DNA of 64,000 nucleotides, from IMG/VR virus record IMGVR_UViG_3300000117_000007, one strand, 5' to 3'. This DNA comes from a virus. A program made the translations under genes and the position numbers. The notes under the pieces are model-generated. The model was not told where the DNA came from. It did not search any database and saw only the letters and a program-made list of their open reading frames with translations. Shown here one piece after another: positions 46,830 to 55,937 of this stretch; the first letter of the stretch is position 1, and each line of letters starts with the position of its first letter.

Positions 46830-47741
46830 ATGTTACGAACACTCTTAGCATTAACATTGCTATTGTCAGGTTGTGCTTCGGTTCCTAAATGGAGTGAAGA
46901 CCCTGCAGATTGTTCATATGAAACAGGTAAGTTTGATGAAGGTTGGGGCAAAGATGTTTACACAGGTGTTAGAAAGTATGCAGGTTCTAAATTTATTTGT
47001 GTAGAGAGTCCAGAAGTTGTAAAGTTACCTGCATATATTGACTTACTTAATTTACCACCTGCTGAAGAAATGCCAATAGTTTCAGTATATAATTTTAATG
47101 ACAAAACAGGTCAGAGAAAATCAGTTACAAACATAGCATCTTTCTCGACAGCAGTAACACAAGGTGGTGTAGAGATGTTAATCGATGCACTTAAGACTGC
47201 TGGTGGGGGAACATGGTTTAGAGTCGTTGAAAGAAACGGCATCGATGCATTACTAAGAGAAAGACAGATCATTAGAAGTGCAAGACAAGATTACGCAAAA
47301 ATTTCGGGGGAAGAACCCCAAGGTTTACAACCACTACTATTTGCAGGAATGCTAATTGAAGGTGGTATAATTGGTTATGATTCTAATATATTAACGGGTG
47401 GACGAGGCGCACGGACACTTGGTATTGGATATGCGAAACAATATCGACAAGATGTTGTTACAATCTCCATAAGGGCAGTTAGTGTTCTTACTGGAGAAGT
47501 TTTATTAAATGTACAAACTCGGAAAACGATTTTAAGTTATGGTTCATCGGGAGATATTTTTAGATTTATCGAACAAGGAACACAATTAATTGAGTTTGAA
47601 GACGGTGTGGGTAATAATGAGTCAGTGACGTATGCAGTACGTGTTGCCATTGAGGCAGGTGTACTGGAATTAATCTACCAAGGCCATGAACGTGGTTATT
47701 GGAAAATAGAAGGGTATAACGAAAATGAAAAAACTAAGTAG
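46830..47741 (+). CDS. csgG: curli secretion channel lipoprotein CsgG
   Basis: Lipobox LLSGC; VSVYNFNDKTGQRK, FSTAVTQG, WFRVVER, LLRERQIIR, EGGIIGYD, GGRGARTLGIG, QYRQD and KTILS. Confidence 0.93.
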   Translation: MLRTLLALTLLLSGCASVPKWSEDPADCSYETGKFDEGWGKDVYTGVRKYAGSKFICVESPEVVKLPAYIDLLNLPPAEEMPIVSVYNFNDKTGQRKSVTNIASFSTAVTQGGVEMLIDALKTAGGGTWFRVVERNGIDALLRERQIIRSARQDYAKISGEEPQGLQPLLFAGMLIEGGIIGYDSNILTGGRGARTLGIGYAKQYRQDVVTISIRAVSVLTGEVLLNVQTRKTILSYGSSGDIFRFIEQGTQLIEFEDGVGNNESVTYAVRVAIEAGVLELIYQGHERGYWKIEGYNENEKTK

Positions 47742-48462
47742 TATATTATTACTGATGTCGACAACTTTTGTTTTCGCACAATCCACTGATGATAACGAAA
47801 TAAAAATCACCCAAACCGGTGATACTCTAAAACTTTATATCGACCAAATAGGATTTGGTAACAAAGTTGGAGGTTCTAATGGAAACGACGGGTCATTGAC
47901 AACAATGGCAATTACTGGTGCAACATTAGACTTCAACATCGATATGTTAGGAGACCAAAACAAATTGTTTGGACCTGTAGAAGCAGATAGTTCTAACTAT
48001 CTCATAGATATTACAGGTGATCAAAACAGTATTGATTGGAACATTGGTTATACAGGTTCATCAGATGATTCGGATATTAATTTCGATATCACAGGAGATA
48101 GCAACACATTTGATTTAGATCAAGGATATGTTGCAAGTGCTGAAAGACTAGACGCCGACCTTATATTAATAGGTAGTTCGAATATTTTTGATATTGACTG
48201 GGAATCAGACGATTTAACATGGAACTTAGATATAACTGGTGGTTCAAACAATATTAATACATTGCAAAACGATGGTGAGCAAACATTAGACTTCACCTTA
48301 GATGGAGATAGTGCAGACGTGGATATCAATCAGATATCTGGTTCATGTGCAACAGGTGCCCCACAGGCATGTGTTACACCGAATGCAACTATTATTCTTG
48401 ACGTAACAAGTGATAATGCAATTATTCAACTTACACAAAAAGATTCGTCTAACGATTCTTAA
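47725..48462 (+). CDS. curlin-like secreted repeat protein (CsgA/CsgB-like)
   Basis: Signal peptide; DNEIKITQTG, IDQIGFGN and repeated I(T/I)GDxN/GxxN beta-arch units; C-terminal Cys pair. Confidence 0.7.
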   Translation: MKKLSSILLLMSTTFVFAQSTDDNEIKITQTGDTLKLYIDQIGFGNKVGGSNGNDGSLTTMAITGATLDFNIDMLGDQNKLFGPVEADSSNYLIDITGDQNSIDWNIGYTGSSDDSDINFDITGDSNTFDLDQGYVASAERLDADLILIGSSNIFDIDWESDDLTWNLDITGGSNNINTLQNDGEQTLDFTLDGDSADVDINQISGSCATGAPQACVTPNATIILDVTSDNAIIQLTQKDSSNDS

Positions 48463-49558
48463 TTTAATTTTCCTCAGCGGGTTTGCTTTTGCTGAACCCG
48501 TTGGGGAGATTTCTGAGTCTACAGGACTCGGATCAATTCTTAGAAATTCAGAAGAAGTTGGCAATCAGGTCAACACAGAAATCATATTAAAAGACGAAGC
48601 ATCGACAGGTAATGGTCGAATGAAGATCGTATTCCTTGATGAAGAGGTCCTAGATATGACTGAAAATACATATGCATATATCGACGAAGCATATTATGAT
48701 CCTAATCCAGATCTATCTCAAATGTCAATTAGAGTTGCAAGAGGTACAGCAAGATTCACATCTGGTAAAGGTAAAAAAATTAAAAAAGCAAACGTAAATG
48801 TAGGTACACCTACAGCACAGATCACAATCAAGGGAACAGATTTCACTACAACCGTAGATGAGATAGGGAGAACTCTTGTCATATTACTCCCAGATGAAAC
48901 AGGCGAACAATCATCTGGTGAGATAACAGTTTTAAATGAGGGTGGTGAAGTAACTCTCACTCAGGCATATGAAGCAACTATGGTTTCAACATGGGAAACA
49001 CCACCAACTCAAAGTGTTACACTCAATGGTGTGACACCCAATATAATCGATAACATGTTTATCGTCAATCCACCTCAAGAAGTGCAAGACAGAGTGGCAG
49101 AAGAGGCACAAAATGACCTTGATCAGGATCAAGGAATATTAGATGTAGACTTCTTAGAGTTCAATGAACTAGAACAAGATGCTCTCGCAGACACTACAGA
49201 AGACCTAGAGTTTTCTGAACTTGACATAGACATGCTAGATGTAGATTTCTTAACCGACTTATTAGATGTCGTAGAAGAATTAGAGAGAACAACAGTAGTA
49301 TTTGGAGATGCACAGAAAGTATCTGCAGGTGACTTTTCACTTAAGGGTGCTAATATAGGATTCAACAAAGACTCTCAGTTTAACGTGTTCGTACAAGATG
49401 GCGACTTATACTTCTATAGAAATGTCAATGGCACAATCGAAGTTATCATTGCACAAGGGGGAAGTGGATTCTTAGACGTGGGCGTAGAAGGATATCAAGG
49501 TATTATTGAATTCGGTGATGGTAACGGAATCGAAATTGTTATAAGACAAACTAACTAA
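48410..49558 (+). CDS. FecR-domain periplasmic protein
   Basis: Signal-like segment then VGEI...G, D...T..GRM.I.F.D, G.ARF.SG, TPTAQITIKGTDF and G.I.V.N.GG.V.L; acidic C-terminal half. Confidence 0.8.
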   Translation: MIMQLFNLHKKIRLTILNLIFLSGFAFAEPVGEISESTGLGSILRNSEEVGNQVNTEIILKDEASTGNGRMKIVFLDEEVLDMTENTYAYIDEAYYDPNPDLSQMSIRVARGTARFTSGKGKKIKKANVNVGTPTAQITIKGTDFTTTVDEIGRTLVILLPDETGEQSSGEITVLNEGGEVTLTQAYEATMVSTWETPPTQSVTLNGVTPNIIDNMFIVNPPQEVQDRVAEEAQNDLDQDQGILDVDFLEFNELEQDALADTTEDLEFSELDIDMLDVDFLTDLLDVVEELERTTVVFGDAQKVSAGDFSLKGANIGFNKDSQFNVFVQDGDLYFYRNVNGTIEVIIAQGGSGFLDVGVEGYQGIIEFGDGNGIEIVIRQTN

Positions 49559-49580
49559 ATAGTACTAGGAGGCAACTTTT

Positions 49581-49727
49581 ATGGATAGACTTAAATCTTT
49601 CATAAAGTGGCATGAGAGACAAACTGAATTCTTTACATATGAACTAGGTTTGTCACAATATCAAACCATGTGGATAGCATGGACAAAAGGTATATTAACA
49701 GTATTAATATTACAATGGATATTTTAA
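49581..49727 (+). CDS. small membrane protein (48 aa, not in ORF track)
   Basis: AGGAGG RBS and CTAAATA upstream; MDRLKSFIKWHE...LGLSQYQTMWIAWTKGILTVLILQWIF. Confidence 0.6.
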   Translation: MDRLKSFIKWHERQTEFFTYELGLSQYQTMWIAWTKGILTVLILQWIF

Positions 49728-50428
49728 AGAAAATATTATTAACAATCATAGGGATATCAATTATCCCTATGACCTTATGGGCAGATGATAACGAGATATC
49801 ACTTACACAAAGTGGTAATAACTTTTCATTAGAAATCAAACAAGTGGGATTCAACAATAAAGTAGGTATGTTAGATTCACAATCATATATCAACAATGCA
49901 CCAGATTTAGATATACATATCGTTCAATACAACTTTACTGCTAATCAAAATCAGATTATCTTTGATGAAGTATCAGGTTCAAGTAATGAATTTAAACTAG
50001 GACAAGGTGTTGCATGGCAGAGTGATGGTTCATATACTTACGATGGGTATGAGAGTGGTGGCCACTATATGGAAATAGATTTATATGGTAATAATAATTC
50101 ACTCAAATGGCACCAAACAAATCAAAGTGGTGCAACAGACGGACACGATTTTAATTTTCATTTAGCAGGAGATTGGAATGAGATTAATGGAAGACAACAA
50201 TCAAGTGGTGCAAAAGAAATGAATCTCACAATCTATAATGATGATAACAATGTCACACTTAGACAAAAGGGTGCAAATACAATCCATACAGCAAATGTCA
50301 CACTTGATGGAACTTATGGAACAAATTTAACTCTCAAACAATTAGGAACAACTGCACAAACATATTCACTAACACAAAATTGTTATACAGTTGGTGGTTG
50401 CACAGTATCAGTTCAACAAGGTAACTAA
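49715..50428 (+). CDS. curlin-like secreted repeat protein
   Basis: Signal peptide; DDNEISLTQSG, IKQVGFNN, Q/N-rich repeats (NNVTLRQKG, LTLKQLG, LTQ); C-terminal CYTVGGC. Confidence 0.72.
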   Translation: MDILKKILLTIIGISIIPMTLWADDNEISLTQSGNNFSLEIKQVGFNNKVGMLDSQSYINNAPDLDIHIVQYNFTANQNQIIFDEVSGSSNEFKLGQGVAWQSDGSYTYDGYESGGHYMEIDLYGNNNSLKWHQTNQSGATDGHDFNFHLAGDWNEINGRQQSSGAKEMNLTIYNDDNNVTLRQKGANTIHTANVTLDGTYGTNLTLKQLGTTAQTYSLTQNCYTVGGCTVSVQQGN

Positions 50429-50856
50429 TGCCATATTCAGATAAAGTCTTAGAAAGATTCGAAGGAGTGGTCAATTCACCGAAGCAATTCTCAGTGGGTC
50501 GATTTGATCCAAAAGATAAAGATGTTGCTACAGGTATGGCAGGTGCACCAGCATGTGGTGATGTCATGAGACTACAACTCAAACTAGATGAGAATGAACT
50601 CATCACAGATGTAAAATTTAAAACCTATGGATGTGGAAGTGCAATTGCATCTGCATCTATGTTCGTAGACTTACTCAAAGGTAAGACAATCACAGAAGCA
50701 AAAGAGATCAAAGATAAAGATATTGCAGAAGCATTGGAATTGCCACCTATCAAAATACACTGTTCAGTGTTAGCAGAAGAATCAATAAGAAAAGCAATAG
50801 AAGATTGGGAAGAAAAGAAACAAGACGTTCAACTGTATCCTGAAAACGGAATGTAA
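50428..50856 (+). CDS. iscU: Fe-S cluster scaffold IscU
   Basis: GAPACGDVM, FKTYGCGSAIAS and LPPIKIHCSVLAE. Confidence 0.95.
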   Translation: MPYSDKVLERFEGVVNSPKQFSVGRFDPKDKDVATGMAGAPACGDVMRLQLKLDENELITDVKFKTYGCGSAIASASMFVDLLKGKTITEAKEIKDKDIAEALELPPIKIHCSVLAEESIRKAIEDWEEKKQDVQLYPENGM

Positions 50857-52694
50857 TGTATAATTGGAAAACTGTATTAGTAACTATAGGTCTTTTAGTA
50901 GGTCTTAAGATATGGAATCCATATTTTATAGAGAACATTTCATGGTCATGGTTTGACTATCTTCATCAACAAAAAGAAATAGAACAAGTAGATGATATTG
51001 TTCTAGTAGACATAGACGAGAAATCATTACAGAAGTACGGACAGTTTCCATGGCCAAGAAACATCTATGCAGACTTGTTATGGGAAACTGATCCAACAAA
51101 CACTCATGTTTTTGCAATAAACTTTTCTGAACCAGATAGATTTGGTGGTGACGAAGAGTTTGCTGAAGCACTTATCAATAGACTAACTATTCTTTCGGCG
51201 TCCCCAACTACACAGTTAGATACAGGTTCTGCACCTTATGTAAAGACAACTACATTTGGTGGGGGTAGTATTGAAGATTCTGTATGGAGTTATCCTGGCA
51301 TCTCATCACCCATCTCTATATTACAAGACAATACTTATGGAGTAGGTGTCACGTCTGCTACACCTTCAGTCGCAGGGACACCTAATTTTGATGGAACCGT
51401 GAGGTCATCCCCACTGGTCGTCCGAACTGGCGAGACAATTTATCCTTCAATTGCACTCGAAGTATTGAGAGCATATTATGATCTCCCAAACTACAATACA
51501 AAAGTAACACCCGAAGTTGGAATAGAGTGGATTAGAATGGGTAAAGATAAACCCATCGAGACTACATCTACAGCAGATGTGATGATCAGTTATTGGAATA
51601 AATTCAATCGTGTATCAGCAAGTGAACTAGATCAACTAAATCTTACAAACAAGGTTTTAGTATGGGGTCTAACTGCTGAGGGACTGAATAATCCAATTTC
51701 AACTCCAGTGGGAGTATTATATCCTCACGAAGTTCAAGCAAACCTAATCCATACCGTCTGGCAAGAAGTTCGAATACAACAATCCTACTATCTTGAATTT
51801 CTTGAAGTTGTTTTTCTTTTGGTAACACTGCTATTAATTCTGGGTGTGGTTTACAATGTTCCCACAAGTCTTGCGGCGATAGTGAGTCTAGGTATTTTAG
51901 GACTTCAGTTGGGTGGGGGTTACTACTTTTGGATTTCTGATCTCGTTCTTTTCGATACCTTCTGGTCATCTATAAGTTCCTTAATAGTGTTTGGTCATGC
52001 TTCTTTCAACAAATACTATATTACATATCAACTCAAAGAACAAATTAAGAAGCAGTTCGAAAAGTATTTATCTCCTGACATGATTGCAGAACTTCAAAAA
52101 GACCCTAGTAAGTTAAGACTGGGTGGGGACAGAAAAGAGATGACGTTCTTATTCATGGATATATGTGGTTTTACACCTATATCAGAACACTATAAAAACA
52201 ACAATGACCCAGAGGGGTTAGTAGAGTTAATTAATAAATATCTAGATACGATGACTAAAATCATTCTTAAGAATGGTGGTACCATAGACAAATATATGGG
52301 AGATTGTATTATGGCGTTTTGGAATGCACCTCTTGATTGTGAAGATCATGCTCAGAGGGCAGTAGATTCAGCACGTGAGATATCAGAAAAAGCAGATGAA
52401 CTTATTAAAGAAATTGAGTCACAAGGTCTCCCTACTATTGATGTTGGGATTGGGATCAATTCAGGTGATTGCATCGTCGGAAACATGGGATCGGAACTTA
52501 GATTTGACTATTCCGTCATTGGAGATGCAGTCAACTTGGCATCTCGACTCGAAGGTCAAACAAGAAATTATGATGGGGTTCGAGTGTTGTTATCGGGAAG
52601 AAGTGCTGGATTATGTAAAGATGGATTCTTTACAAAAGTCGACAGCATCACTGTTAAAGGAAAATCCGAGAAGGTGGACGTATACACCATTTAA
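50856..52694 (+). CDS. CHASE2-domain membrane adenylate cyclase (class III)
   Basis: IVLVDIDEKSL..YGQFPWPR CHASE2 motif, three TM helices, FMDICGFT, IDKYMGDCIMAFW and DYSVIGDAVNLASRLEG. Confidence 0.93.
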   Translation: MYNWKTVLVTIGLLVGLKIWNPYFIENISWSWFDYLHQQKEIEQVDDIVLVDIDEKSLQKYGQFPWPRNIYADLLWETDPTNTHVFAINFSEPDRFGGDEEFAEALINRLTILSASPTTQLDTGSAPYVKTTTFGGGSIEDSVWSYPGISSPISILQDNTYGVGVTSATPSVAGTPNFDGTVRSSPLVVRTGETIYPSIALEVLRAYYDLPNYNTKVTPEVGIEWIRMGKDKPIETTSTADVMISYWNKFNRVSASELDQLNLTNKVLVWGLTAEGLNNPISTPVGVLYPHEVQANLIHTVWQEVRIQQSYYLEFLEVVFLLVTLLLILGVVYNVPTSLAAIVSLGILGLQLGGGYYFWISDLVLFDTFWSSISSLIVFGHASFNKYYITYQLKEQIKKQFEKYLSPDMIAELQKDPSKLRLGGDRKEMTFLFMDICGFTPISEHYKNNNDPEGLVELINKYLDTMTKIILKNGGTIDKYMGDCIMAFWNAPLDCEDHAQRAVDSAREISEKADELIKEIESQGLPTIDVGIGINSGDCIVGNMGSELRFDYSVIGDAVNLASRLEGQTRNYDGVRVLLSGRSAGLCKDGFFTKVDSITVKGKSEKVDVYTI

Positions 52695-53019
52695 GATTGA
52701 ATGGCGAGAAGAACCAGCAAAAATTGACAAATACTCAATGGCATTATTCTGGTCATTGCAACTAGCAGATGTATGGACAACCAATAGAGGAATGGATTAC
52801 TCTTGTGTATATGAAGCAAATCCATTACTACCCAAAGTACCACACTTAGATAGATTAGTCATACACAAAGTTGTCTTTACATATCCTTTCTATGATATGT
52901 ATTCAAGCAATCAGTTAACATATGATGACATGATGTGGCCAATACTTCTCTCAATGTATGTTGTAAACAATAATTTACAAGTGATTAATAAGGCAAAGAG
53001 ACAGTGTTCCAAACGATAA
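52375..53019 (+). CDS. putative membrane protein (true start probably near 52674-52738)
   Basis: LQLADVWTT..G....YEANPLL motif (DUF5658-like); the 5' part overlapping the cyclase is doubtful. Confidence 0.5.
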   Translation: MRYQKKQMNLLKKLSHKVSLLLMLGLGSIQVIASSETWDRNLDLTIPSLEMQSTWHLDSKVKQEIMMGFECCYREEVLDYVKMDSLQKSTASLLKENPRRWTYTPFKIEWREEPAKIDKYSMALFWSLQLADVWTTNRGMDYSCVYEANPLLPKVPHLDRLVIHKVVFTYPFYDMYSSNQLTYDDMMWPILLSMYVVNNNLQVINKAKRQCSKR

Positions 53020-53050
53020 ATAACTCATAATAATAATAATAACGGAGATA

Positions 53051-53260
53051 ATGATGCCAGTGAAATACGGTAAAACTTCGAAACAAGTAGATCGTGCTAC
53101 AAAAAAAGTGACTATAGTTCATGAGTATATGAAGTGTAAATCAAATGCAGAGTTGATAGAAGCATATAATAAACCAGTGATACCAAAGTTAAAACAAAAA
53201 GTAAAAAACGAAATTGTTCGAAGAAACAAAAAGGGTCTTGCAAATATAGTATTCAATTGA
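53051..53260 (+). CDS. basic hypothetical protein
   Basis: GGAG RBS; Lys-rich. Confidence 0.6.
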   Translation: MMPVKYGKTSKQVDRATKKVTIVHEYMKCKSNAELIEAYNKPVIPKLKQKVKNEIVRRNKKGLANIVFN

Positions 53261-53366
53261 TATAATGTCTAAATACTAATGTGACAATTATGTGACAAGA
53301 GTAAGTAGTTTGTGTTACAAACGAAGTCCAGATCACGGATAGTTACAAACATAACAGGAGATAAAA

Positions 53367-53477
53367 ATGCGAAAATTAGCATCATTGTCTGCCTCGTATC
53401 TACGGACACAAGCAGACAAACTACACAACCTTATGAAATGCGGAAGATTACAGAACGTAATCAGAGACATTTATTAA
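53367..53477 (+). CDS. small hypothetical protein (36 aa, not in ORF track)
   Basis: AGGAG RBS; MRKLASLSASYLRTQADKLHNLMKCGRLQNVIRDIY. Confidence 0.45.
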   Translation: MRKLASLSASYLRTQADKLHNLMKCGRLQNVIRDIY

Positions 53478-53526
53478 GTTTTTTTAAAAAACTACTTGAA
53501 ATTTTATAGTTAATCACTATATAATA

Positions 53527-53534
53527 TATAAATA
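53527..53534 (+). promoter_or_regulatory. T4-type late promoter
   Basis: TATAAATA, preceded by a sigma70-like TTGAAA...TATAAT. Confidence 0.65.
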
Positions 53535-53535
53535 C

Positions 53536-53650
53536 TAGTGTGCGAGAACTTAAAAAGGGCACGGGTTGATAACAAACCAATTTCTTGGTAGCAACAATCT
53601 TCAAAAGTGCCCGGTTCTCAAACACTACTCGATGCCCATAAGGGGTCGAT
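53536..53650 (+). ncRNA. structured RNA / hsp20 5' leader
   Basis: Nested stems TAGTGT/ACACTA, GAGAAC/GTTCTC, GGGCAC/GTGCCC, GTTG/CAAC and ACCAA/TTGGT, plus a second hairpin. Confidence 0.55.
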
Positions 53651-53683
53651 AATATAAACTTGCTATTAATATAGGAGAAACTT

Positions 53684-54091
53684 ATGACAAGTATAGACTT
53701 TGGTCGATTCAGACCTATCACAATCGGGTTTGATAAAATTTTCGAAGATATGGAAAAGTTATCAAACATTCACACAAACTTCCCACCTTACAACATCATT
53801 AAACTTAATGACGATGAGTTCGAAATTGAGTTAGCAGTTGCAGGGTTTACAAAAGAAGAAATCAATATTCAGTTCAAAGATTCTATTCTTACCATCGCAG
53901 GTGAGAAAGATACTAGAGCAGATGTAGAGTTCTCTCACAAAGGTATTTCAGAACGTAACTTCATGAAAAGTTGGACACTAGGCGATTACGTCAAAGTGGG
54001 CGATGCTAAAATGAAGGATGGTTTACTCATTATCTCATTGTTCAAAGATGTGCCTGAAGAAGAGAAACCTCAGATTATCAGCATTTCTTAA
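53684..54091 (+). CDS. hsp20: small heat shock protein Hsp20
   Basis: FPPYNI, IELAVAGF, HKGISERNF and DGLL.I. Confidence 0.95.
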   Translation: MTSIDFGRFRPITIGFDKIFEDMEKLSNIHTNFPPYNIIKLNDDEFEIELAVAGFTKEEINIQFKDSILTIAGEKDTRADVEFSHKGISERNFMKSWTLGDYVKVGDAKMKDGLLIISLFKDVPEEEKPQIISIS

Positions 54092-54161
54092 AAAACCCTA
54101 TTGAAGAATACTCCTGTTAGTAGTATAATGGGAGTATCTATTGATAATTAGGAGAAACATT

Positions 54162-54680
54162 ATGATTAAAGTTGGAGATTCAGTACCAAATATTGTTATG
54201 CCTGTACGAGCAGATGGTGAATTCATCATGCTTAATACAGAAGAGCAATTTGCTGGAAAGAAAGTGATAATCTTTGCATTACCAGGTGCATTTACACCTA
54301 CATGTTCTACATTTCAATTACCAGGTTTCGACGAGCAATTCGAATCGTTCCAAGAAAAGGGTATTGATGAAATCTATTGTCTAAGTGTTAACGACTCATT
54401 TGTAATGAATGCATGGTTTGAAGCACAAAACATTCAGAATGTATTGCCATTACCAGATGGAAATGGTGAACTAACTGAAGCATTAGGCATGACAGTTGCT
54501 AAAGCAAATGTAGGTTTCGGTATGAGATCGTGGAGATATGCCATGGTAGTGAACGATAATGTTATTGAACAAGTCTTTGCAGAAGACGGATTCAACGATA
54601 ATATCGACACAGATCCTTATGTAGTCTCAACACCTGAAAACGTGTTAGAGAACGTAATAAATTATTACGAACAAGGATAA
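54162..54680 (+). CDS. peroxiredoxin (Prx5-like)
   Basis: LPGAFTPTCS, SVNDSFVMNAW and RSWRYAM. Confidence 0.93.
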   Translation: MIKVGDSVPNIVMPVRADGEFIMLNTEEQFAGKKVIIFALPGAFTPTCSTFQLPGFDEQFESFQEKGIDEIYCLSVNDSFVMNAWFEAQNIQNVLPLPDGNGELTEALGMTVAKANVGFGMRSWRYAMVVNDNVIEQVFAEDGFNDNIDTDPYVVSTPENVLENVINYYEQG

Positions 54681-54686
54681 CCCACT

Positions 54687-54710
54687 GGGGACGAAAGTCC
54701 CCTTTTTTTT
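54687..54710 (+). terminator. intrinsic terminator
   Basis: GGGGAC-GAAA-GTCCCC plus T8. Confidence 0.9.
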
Positions 54711-54713
54711 ATT

Positions 54714-55043
54714 ATGTCAGCAAAGTTATTTAACAAAGTCTACAGAGTTGTAGAAAACCCCTTTGAAAAAGATGCGGGTATAGAATTAATTGAGGGCGAG
54801 TGGAAAGGCCTTGTCTATCAATATGGTGAAGTTCAGTTGGTCGATGGAAAACCAGAAATGAACTTCAAAAGAACTATCAGAAGAATGCCAGAAGGTGTCG
54901 AAGGAACTGAGGAAAAGATCGAAGGTTTACTAAATAATAGTGAATTAAATCAACTCATGGGAGATATTCTCGTAGAGTTGATTGAGCATCAAGTCGAAAG
55001 AGATCAGGAGAAAGAGACCAAAAATGGCAACAGCAAACATTAA
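54714..55043 (+). CDS. conserved T4-like hypothetical protein
   Basis: GEWKGLVYQYGEV and MGDILVELI motifs. Confidence 0.6.
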   Translation: MSAKLFNKVYRVVENPFEKDAGIELIEGEWKGLVYQYGEVQLVDGKPEMNFKRTIRRMPEGVEGTEEKIEGLLNNSELNQLMGDILVELIEHQVERDQEKETKNGNSKH

Positions 55044-55200
55044 ATTTACAAAAGACGGAGAAGGTTTTCATCATCAAGTAGAAGATCATCTTGTCTATGG
55101 AAAAAGAATAGAACTGATGGGTGAAGGTTTCAAATATGTTGGAGAAGTAGATGCTCCAGTAGAAGACGAAGAAGGAAACTTCACTTCAGCATCAGAATAG
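55024..55200 (+). CDS. hypothetical protein
   Basis: MATANIKF start within the ORF-track frame. Confidence 0.45.
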   Translation: MATANIKFTKDGEGFHHQVEDHLVYGKRIELMGEGFKYVGEVDAPVEDEEGNFTSASE

Positions 55201-55207
55201 GAAAATT

Positions 55208-55660
55208 ATGAATAAAGAAATATTGAAAGAGCAAATCAAAAGACACGAGGGTGAAGTACTAGAAGTATATAAAGATTCACTAGGTTATTTAACTTTTGGT
55301 GTAGGACATCTAGTTAGAGAAGATGACCCAGAATTCGGTGAACCAGAAGGAACACCAGTGTCACAAGAAAGAGTTGATGAAGTATATGAAGTAGACTTTG
55401 ATAAACACGTAGAAGAAACTCTACATGTTTGTAAAGACCATAACATAGACTTTGATTCATTACCAGAAGACATTCAACATGTACTAGTGAATATGTGTTT
55501 CAATCTAGGTGCAAATCGTTTAGGTAAATTCAGAAACATGTTAAAAGCATGTTCAGTATCAGACTGGGAAGAAATGGCACGTCAGATGGAAGATTCAAGA
55601 TGGTTTGGTCAAGTAGGTAGACGTTCAAAAGAACTGCAAGAGTTAGTATTAAATGTCTGA
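55208..55660 (+). CDS. lysozyme (T4-type GH24)
   Basis: HEG..LEVYKDSLGYLTFGVGH catalytic E/D/T; NMCFNLG; SRWFGQVGRR. Confidence 0.9.
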   Translation: MNKEILKEQIKRHEGEVLEVYKDSLGYLTFGVGHLVREDDPEFGEPEGTPVSQERVDEVYEVDFDKHVEETLHVCKDHNIDFDSLPEDIQHVLVNMCFNLGANRLGKFRNMLKACSVSDWEEMARQMEDSRWFGQVGRRSKELQELVLNV

Positions 55661-55937
55661 AGTAAAATGCATTCGTCTCAATACAGGCGAAGTCATTATG
55701 GGATTTGCAAAGCAAAATCTTTTGAGAAATGGTTGGCAAATTGTCGATCCTCAAATCGTTTTAACTGTAGCAGATTCTGGAAAAATGGAAGTTAACTTTG
55801 CTCCATGGATACCTTATGCCAAAGAATATAAATATAATATAAACAACAGTCAGATACAGACTGTTTTTGAACCTAAACCACAATTAGAAACAAACTTCAA
55901 AGTGGCAACAGGCAATAAGATTAGAGGTAAAAAATGA
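55653..55937 (+). CDS. conserved T4-like hypothetical protein (Sm-like)
   Basis: IRLNTGEVI and FAPWIPY motifs. Confidence 0.65.
   Translation: MSEVKCIRLNTGEVIMGFAKQNLLRNGWQIVDPQIVLTVADSGKMEVNFAPWIPYAKEYKYNINNSQIQTVFEPKPQLETNFKVATGNKIRGKK

Noticed and set aside
52375-52694. A genuine 320-nt dual-coding overlap with the cyclase
   Set aside because: The recognisable motif begins only after the cyclase stop; the upstream extension looks like a chance open frame.
53280-53297. Possible CRP site near the adenylate cyclase (TGTGAcaattaTGTGA)
   Set aside because: It is a direct repeat, not the TGTGA-N6-TCACA palindrome; the TGTGA-N9-TCACA at 32108 also has the wrong spacing.
53312-53509. 65-aa ORF from the track
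   Set aside because: Non-ATG start without an RBS; the overlapping 53367-53477 frame has a clear AGGAG and ATG.
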